Shown here in pieces: positions 63,001-64,000 of a stretch of 64,000 nucleotides of DNA. Every line of letters starts with the position of its first letter. The stretch's first letter is position 1. Source of the stretch: Phoronis australis (taxonomy: Eukaryota; Animalia; Phoronida). A program made the position numbers and the translations under genes. The stretch is from contig NMRA01000104.1 of assembly GCA_002633005.1 (NCBI GenBank), positions 742,841 to 806,840 on the forward strand, read 5' to 3'. The notes beneath the pieces were generated by a model. That model worked only from the letters and a program-made list of their open reading frames with translations. It ran no database searches and was not told the origin of the DNA.

Positions 63001-64000
63001 TTTAGCCAATGTGGCATACCTGGAAAGCACAAACTTCAAATCACAATTTCAAGCTAAGATTTAGAGATATTTAGCATTAAAAGAACCAGAATTACCTTTA
63101 GCTATGATGTGATCACTGTGAAACACACTAGTATTGAAGTAAGCGACAACGCGGCCGCCGGCACCTCCACCGCCACTACCACTGGCTGCTCCGCCTGACG
63201 AATCAATATAACCAGATCCAACCAGTCGGTCACAGTGGATGTAGACAGACCCGCCACTGCCACCTCCTGAGTTTGATCCCTACAAACAAAAAGGATTTTT
63301 CTGATTCACACAATTTAATTTACATAAATCGCAAGACATTTTAGTTAGGGAGGGAAATCGTCGTTATCAGCAAAAAACTCAAACTTAATCAGATTTACCT
63401 TGGACCTTCCTCCACTAACTGTTATTCGTCCATTATGTGTCACCGTGTTTCGGATGTAGAGATGTATCAAACCTCCACCTCGACCCCCGAGATAGTTTGA
63501 AGACGCCTGTCCACCTCCGCTACCCCAAGTGCCCGGATCGTAGATGTTTCCGTATGGCATCCACGCGAAAGCATACGGCGACCTGGCACCGCCACGACCA
63601 CCACGTGCTCCGTGGCTGGCTCCCGAGGCACCAGATGGTAGCTTCACACCAGCGCCTATTAACAAAAATGTGCTTTTAAAACAATTTGTTACACAACTTA
63701 CACAATACCTCTGATTAGCTGTCAACGACCAACAAACATACGATGACAACTTTCTCGTCACTTTCCCTCAAATAGCTTTCATAAGAGAAGACAGTGATGA
63801 ATGGTTCAACACATTTGCCAAAGATTATGTCATACAATTCTGAAAGTTTTGGAAATTATAAAATTACTATCTCGTACCTGGACCGTCATCGCTGACGTGG
63901 CCACCTTCTTTGCAATCAATGAGTCCAGATAAACCGACATTCAGTGATCCTGCTTCTACGTAAAGTGATCCAGCTTGAAACGTACCGTTTACGATGACAT
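1..64000 (-). CDS. Giant multi-exon Gly-rich/beta-helix tandem-repeat protein, probably extracellular; partial at both ends (71 exons, about 6,380 aa in window)
   Basis: Every long minus-strand ORF carries the same repeating motifs. Canonical GT/AG boundaries join in phase from 64000 to 1 with no stop when one copy of the 29.0-35.8 kb duplicate is used. 14 GGxGGR(I/V/A/L) motifs and many NxS/T sequons. By recall (not by search) the motif pattern resembles the Gly-rich proteins loosely annotated 'ephrin type-B receptor-like' or 'tenascin-X-like'. Confidence 0.9.
557..749 (-). CDS. exon 70
   Basis: AG/GT; [14 protein letters not shown]...IITA. Confidence 0.85.
1147..1795 (-). CDS. exon 69
   Basis: AG/GT; [10 protein letters not shown]...TWMF...KAGP. 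Confidence 0.9.
2331..2524 (-). CDS. exon 68
   Basis: AG/GT; [16 protein letters not shown]...CHPYS. Confidence 0.88.
2652..2789 (-). CDS. exon 67
   Basis: AG/GT; GEIRVDG...[10 protein letters not shown]. Confidence 0.88.
2901..3129 (-). CDS. exon 66
   Basis: AG/GT; GVRDVNGPG...GAGHGGQGG. Confidence 0.88.
3300..3525 (-). CDS. exon 65
   Basis: AG/GT; RHLTDRRG...MEANGK. Confidence 0.88.
3785..3966 (-). CDS. exon 64
   Basis: AG/GT; SLEARLSS...GDLEL. Confidence 0.85.
4132..4306 (-). CDS. exon 63
   Basis: AG/GT; RTWLFDEG...[13 protein letters not shown]. Confidence 0.88.
4475..4826 (-). CDS. exon 62
   Basis: AG/GT; [10 protein letters not shown]...GAGGRITI...IIDNDG. Confidence 0.9.
5059..5340 (-). 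CDS. exon 61
   Basis: AG/GT; [12 protein letters not shown]...PQDFGSPGG. Confidence 0.85.
5559..5682 (-). CDS. exon 60
   Basis: AG/GT; TNWLHVNAS...TPAG. Confidence 0.85.
5777..6098. mobile_element. MITE with CA..TG termini and 5-bp TSD (hAT5-like)
   Basis: Imperfect TIR catggccttcaat / aatgagggccctg; ATTAG on both flanks. Confidence 0.55.
6114..6281 (-). CDS. exon 59
   Basis: AG/GT; AHSEGLENK...AGGYMQ. Confidence 0.85.
6582..6691 (-). CDS. exon 58 (not in ORF track)
   Basis: AG/GT, phase 1-0; [27 protein letters not shown]. Confidence 0.82.
7380..8380. repeat. Degenerate Helitron/Helentron-like tandem array ((c)cactagggg family)
   Basis: Recurrent actagggggcac motifs; about 47-bp tandem duplication at 7564-7656; similar to arrays at 27.3-28.9 kb and 51.3-55.5 kb. 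Confidence 0.55.
8603..9098 (-). CDS. exon 57
   Basis: AG/GT; [13 protein letters not shown]...HGDRSG...LSLPK. Confidence 0.9.
9908..10248 (-). CDS. exon 56, furin-like Cys-rich insert
   Basis: AG/GT; [21 protein letters not shown]...[19 protein letters not shown]. Confidence 0.85.
10805..10955 (-). CDS. exon 55 (not in ORF track)
   Basis: AG/GT; [10 protein letters not shown]...[10 protein letters not shown]. Confidence 0.85.
11284..11868. mobile_element. TA-flanked MITE (Tc1/mariner-type) containing a nested SINE
   Basis: About 30-bp TIRs: tacggtacaaattcttcattttgggacagt / actgtcccaaactggtgaatttttaccgta. Confidence 0.75.
11364..11600 (+). mobile_element. tRNA-derived SINE, family 1
   Basis: A box (aggcctagtg) and B box (ggttcaactcc); aligns over its length with 56640-56866; possible TSD aattttcc. 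Confidence 0.8.
12092..12324 (-). CDS. exon 54
   Basis: AG/GT; AVNITID...GASHGGLGG...PTEYGS. Confidence 0.88.
12768..13077 (-). CDS. exon 53
   Basis: AG/GT; [10 protein letters not shown]...IHVS. Confidence 0.88.
13485..13733 (-). CDS. exon 52
   Basis: AG/GT; TRKTWIPLF...PFNTIVYA. Confidence 0.85.
13919..14113 (-). CDS. exon 51
   Basis: AG/GT; [17 protein letters not shown]. Confidence 0.85.
14598..14767 (-). CDS. exon 50
   Basis: AG/GT; [10 protein letters not shown]...[10 protein letters not shown]. Confidence 0.85.
14939..15367 (-). CDS. exon 49
   Basis: AG/GT; [10 protein letters not shown]...GASHGGEGG. Confidence 0.9.
15679..16311 (-). CDS. exon 48
   Basis: AG/GT; GEFLAVGG...GGPGTVYF...GDRSG. 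Confidence 0.9.
16417..16608 (-). CDS. exon 47
   Basis: AG/GT; [10 protein letters not shown]...GAGGRAAV. Confidence 0.88.
16763..17002 (-). CDS. exon 46
   Basis: AG/GT; [19 protein letters not shown]. Confidence 0.88.
17539..17632 (-). CDS. exon 45 (not in ORF track)
   Basis: AG/GT; [19 protein letters not shown]. Confidence 0.8.
17970..18160 (-). CDS. exon 44
   Basis: AG/GT; [11 protein letters not shown]...RSGAK. Confidence 0.85.
18347..18575 (-). CDS. exon 43
   Basis: AG/GT; LDIRRSG...GDTTGQLNI. Confidence 0.85.
19216..19386 (-). CDS. exon 42 (end of discoidin-like insert; not in ORF track)
   Basis: AG/GT; [21 protein letters not shown]...STWIV. Confidence 0.82.
19975..20122 (-). CDS. 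exon 41 (discoidin-like insert; not in ORF track)
   Basis: AG/GT, phase 2-0; [10 protein letters not shown]...STKGC. Confidence 0.8.
20303..20365. mobile_element. Tiny TA-flanked Tc1/mariner-type MITE
   Basis: TIRs tagggtgtcccaaaaatgt / acatttttgagacaccctg. Confidence 0.65.
20393..20861 (-). CDS. exon 40
   Basis: AG/GT; GAGGRIAI...[21 protein letters not shown]. Confidence 0.9.
21006..21170 (-). CDS. exon 39
   Basis: AG/GT; [15 protein letters not shown]. Confidence 0.88.
21481..21708 (-). CDS. exon 38 (not in ORF track on -)
   Basis: AG/GT; [13 protein letters not shown]...GHGG. Confidence 0.85.
22124..22452 (-). CDS. exon 37
   Basis: AG/GT; [11 protein letters not shown]...ENITVDES. 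Confidence 0.88.
22562..22740 (-). CDS. exon 36
   Basis: AG/GT; [10 protein letters not shown]...GDRSA. Confidence 0.87.
23805..24046 (-). CDS. exon 35
   Basis: AG/GT; [15 protein letters not shown]...YTFDK. Confidence 0.88.
24172..24342 (-). CDS. exon 34 (not in ORF track)
   Basis: AG/GT; [12 protein letters not shown]...[10 protein letters not shown]. Confidence 0.87.
24430..24600 (+). mobile_element. tRNA-derived SINE, family 2 (5'-degenerate copy)
   Basis: Shares gagcattgca, gtcttactagtgaatgtatgcaa and gagaac..atataatg with 44047-44255. Confidence 0.65.
24754..24903 (-). CDS. exon 33
   Basis: AG/GT; GHLYFGG...GGGALKI. Confidence 0.85.
25209..25349 (-). CDS. exon 32
   Basis: AG/GT; [13 protein letters not shown]. 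Confidence 0.87.
25692..25875 (-). CDS. exon 31
   Basis: AG/GT; [11 protein letters not shown]. Confidence 0.85.
27054..27242 (-). CDS. exon 30
   Basis: AG/GT; [13 protein letters not shown]. Confidence 0.85.
27332..28950. repeat. Helitron/Helentron-like non-autonomous element with degenerate internal tandem repeats
   Basis: Begins aacaagag; repeated ccactagggggtgctgca units; hairpin gtctgc...gcagac at 28249-28282 and a related gcagactgaaaa at about 28890. Confidence 0.6.
29668..29816 (-). CDS. exon 29, copy A
   Basis: AG/GT; [11 protein letters not shown]; duplicate of 33304-33452. Confidence 0.7.
30007..30185 (-). CDS. exon 28, copy A
   Basis: AG/GT; [15 protein letters not shown]...GDKS; duplicate of 33706-33884. 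Confidence 0.7.
30777..30979 (-). CDS. exon 27, copy A (discoidin-like)
   Basis: AG/GT; LTGWVGS...AGLAELEIF; duplicate of 34463-34665. Confidence 0.7.
31412..31974 (-). CDS. exon 26, copy A
   Basis: AG/GT; [12 protein letters not shown]...RIRLYPIC; duplicate of 34977-35539. Confidence 0.7.
33304..33452 (-). CDS. exon 29, copy B
   Basis: AG/GT; [11 protein letters not shown]...TSGE. Confidence 0.7.
33540..33745. repeat. 63-bp tandem repeat spanning an exon-intron junction (copy A equivalent at about 29900-30045)
   Basis: Donor-like sites at 33705, 33642 and 33579; unit encodes [21 protein letters not shown]. Confidence 0.8.
33706..33884 (-). CDS. exon 28, copy B
   Basis: AG/GT; [15 protein letters not shown]. 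Confidence 0.7.
34463..34665 (-). CDS. exon 27, copy B (discoidin-like)
   Basis: AG/GT; [10 protein letters not shown]. Confidence 0.7.
34977..35539 (-). CDS. exon 26, copy B
   Basis: AG/GT; [10 protein letters not shown]...VYYYYL. Confidence 0.75.
35866..36006 (-). CDS. exon 25
   Basis: AG/GT; [17 protein letters not shown]. Confidence 0.87.
36228..36401 (-). CDS. exon 24
   Basis: AG/GT; [20 protein letters not shown]. Confidence 0.87.
36591..38792 (-). CDS. exon 23 (2.2 kb, nearly two repeat units)
   Basis: The 711-aa ORF extends upstream to the acceptor at 38793; [10 protein letters not shown]...[10 protein letters not shown]. Confidence 0.93.
39260..39403 (-). CDS. exon 22
   Basis: AG/GT; [17 protein letters not shown]. 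Confidence 0.88.
40276..41457 (-). CDS. exon 21
   Basis: AG/GT; within the 429-aa ORF; [10 protein letters not shown]...MIGDRTG. Confidence 0.93.
41819..42088 (-). CDS. exon 20
   Basis: AG/GT; [20 protein letters not shown]. Confidence 0.88.
42307..43014 (-). CDS. exon 19
   Basis: AG/GT; [14 protein letters not shown]...MIGDRSG. Confidence 0.92.
43780..43923 (-). CDS. exon 18
   Basis: AG/GT; [11 protein letters not shown]...KAWFLP. Confidence 0.87.
44047..44255 (+). mobile_element. tRNA-derived SINE, family 2
   Basis: A box tggctcagtag and B box ggttcgaatcc, followed by a non-tRNA body shared with 24430-24600. Confidence 0.75.
44580..44775 (-). CDS. exon 17 (not in ORF track)
   Basis: AG/GT; [10 protein letters not shown]...[10 protein letters not shown]. 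Confidence 0.87.
45042..45108. mobile_element. 67-bp MITE with 5-bp TSD (hAT5-like)
   Basis: TIR catgggcggcgca / tgcgccacccatg; CAATG on both sides. Confidence 0.65.
45319..45590 (-). CDS. exon 16
   Basis: AG/GT; GAGHGGKGG...YGSLFEP...[10 protein letters not shown]. Confidence 0.88.
45739..46037. repeat. 23-bp minisatellite, about 13 copies
   Basis: Consensus cactgctggctagtgcactgtct. Confidence 0.85.
46307..46466 (-). CDS. exon 15
   Basis: AG/GT; [10 protein letters not shown]. Confidence 0.86.
46620..46815. repeat. About 41-bp degenerate tandem repeat, about 5 copies
   Basis: ggtcagagttgaagacgactgtgtagagttggg-like units. Confidence 0.7.
47056..47251 (-). CDS. exon 14
   Basis: AG/GT; [13 protein letters not shown]. 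Confidence 0.86.
47853..48053 (-). CDS. exon 13
   Basis: AG/GT; [16 protein letters not shown]. Confidence 0.85.
48427..48519. repeat. 15-bp perfect minisatellite x6
   Basis: (cagatgctcataaaa)6. Confidence 0.95.
49045..49247 (-). CDS. exon 12
   Basis: AG/GT; [16 protein letters not shown]. Confidence 0.85.
49358..49513 (-). CDS. exon 11
   Basis: AG/GT; TNGG...GSGGRIAL. Confidence 0.87.
49663..49799 (-). CDS. exon 10
   Basis: AG/GT; [22 protein letters not shown]. Confidence 0.85.
52924..54446 (+). pseudogene. Truncated intron-containing DDE integrase/transposase (IS3EU-like); exons about 52924-53094, 53270-53465 and 54270-54446
   Basis: Spliced product ...[19 protein letters not shown]...PNAG|YNAVHGYL...[24 protein letters not shown]|[19 protein letters not shown]...[14 protein letters not shown]; HTH followed by an rve-type core; homology is lost after ENRDV. 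Confidence 0.85.
53402..54051. repeat. About 325-bp direct duplication across N53728 (likely assembly overlap)
   Basis: 53402-53727 vs 53729-54051, near-identical. Confidence 0.8.
55494..55820. mobile_element. MITE body; its left tip lies displaced at 51342-51349
   Basis: ctagcacaacttaccccactt ... aagtggggtaagttgcacc ... aagttgcgctagggta. Confidence 0.65.
56640..56866 (+). mobile_element. tRNA-derived SINE, family 1
   Basis: A box tggcctagtg and B box ggttcgagtcc; homologous to 11364-11600. Confidence 0.8.
57607..57783. mobile_element. Putative MITE
   Basis: Perfect 14-bp inverted repeat aattgacctatcgc / gcgataggtcaatt. Confidence 0.5.
59218..59325. repeat. Long palindrome with about 44-bp arms
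   Basis: aaaggagaacgagataaagtacaatgaataacagacaatagaca ... tgtctattgtctgttattcattgtatttttatctcgttctccttt. Confidence 0.9.
60727..60816 (-). CDS. exon 9 (not in ORF track)
   Basis: AG/GT; [21 protein letters not shown]; phase 1 matches exon 10 across the 10.9-kb intron. Confidence 0.83.
61055..61277 (-). CDS. exon 8
   Basis: AG/GT; VVNDFG...GAGHGGRGG. Confidence 0.88.
61430..61557 (-). CDS. exon 7
   Basis: AG/GT; GLTVNLQL...RWTVK. Confidence 0.82.
61988..62201 (-). CDS. exon 6
   Basis: AG/GT; [11 protein letters not shown]...ILLGS; donor chosen for phase compatibility. Confidence 0.78.
62321..62508 (-). CDS. exon 5
   Basis: AG/GT; GAIAYL...VELYGGA...GDDTG. Confidence 0.87.
62633..62797 (-). 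CDS. exon 4
   Basis: AG/GT; [15 protein letters not shown]. Confidence 0.84.
63096..63279 (-). CDS. exon 3 (not in ORF track)
   Basis: AG/GT; [16 protein letters not shown]...[10 protein letters not shown]. Confidence 0.87.
63399..63655 (-). CDS. exon 2
   Basis: AG/GT; GASHGARGG...[10 protein letters not shown]. Confidence 0.88.
63878..64000 (-). CDS. exon 1 in window (enters from beyond 64000)
   Basis: Donor gtacga; [17 protein letters not shown]...DDGP. Confidence 0.82.

Noticed and set aside
2398-63679. Many Pro/His/Thr-rich + strand ORFs (e.g. 2398, 4577, 12015, 20552, 31644, 41148, 42506)
   Set aside because: They are antisense shadows of Gly-rich GGT/GGA codon runs in the real minus-strand exons.

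Overview
AT-rich eukaryotic DNA, probably from an invertebrate metazoan; the taxon cannot be fixed from the sequence. The whole window lies inside one giant minus-strand gene that is open at both ends. I traced 71 GT-AG exons by hand with consistent phases (about 19.1 kb of CDS, about 6,380 aa), plus a second copy of a 4-exon block next to an N. The protein is a chain of about 15 units of roughly 400-450 aa. Each unit has a Gly-rich segment (GxxHGGxGG..YG...P..FGSx[10 protein letters not shown]..GGxGGRIA..GGxGTV) and a beta-helix-like segment (DNxG..TW..FxELxIxG..GDxSG). Two discoidin-like domains and one furin-like Cys-rich module are inserted into individual units. The introns carry two tRNA-derived SINE families, several MITEs, minisatellites, a long palindrome and Helitron/Helentron-like tandem arrays rich in CTCF-like motifs. 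The 10.9-kb intron also holds a truncated, intron-containing IS3EU-like DDE integrase on the + strand. Single Ns at 32628, 52198, 53728 and 54994 mark probable assembly joins. All coordinates were read by eye and may be off by a few bases.
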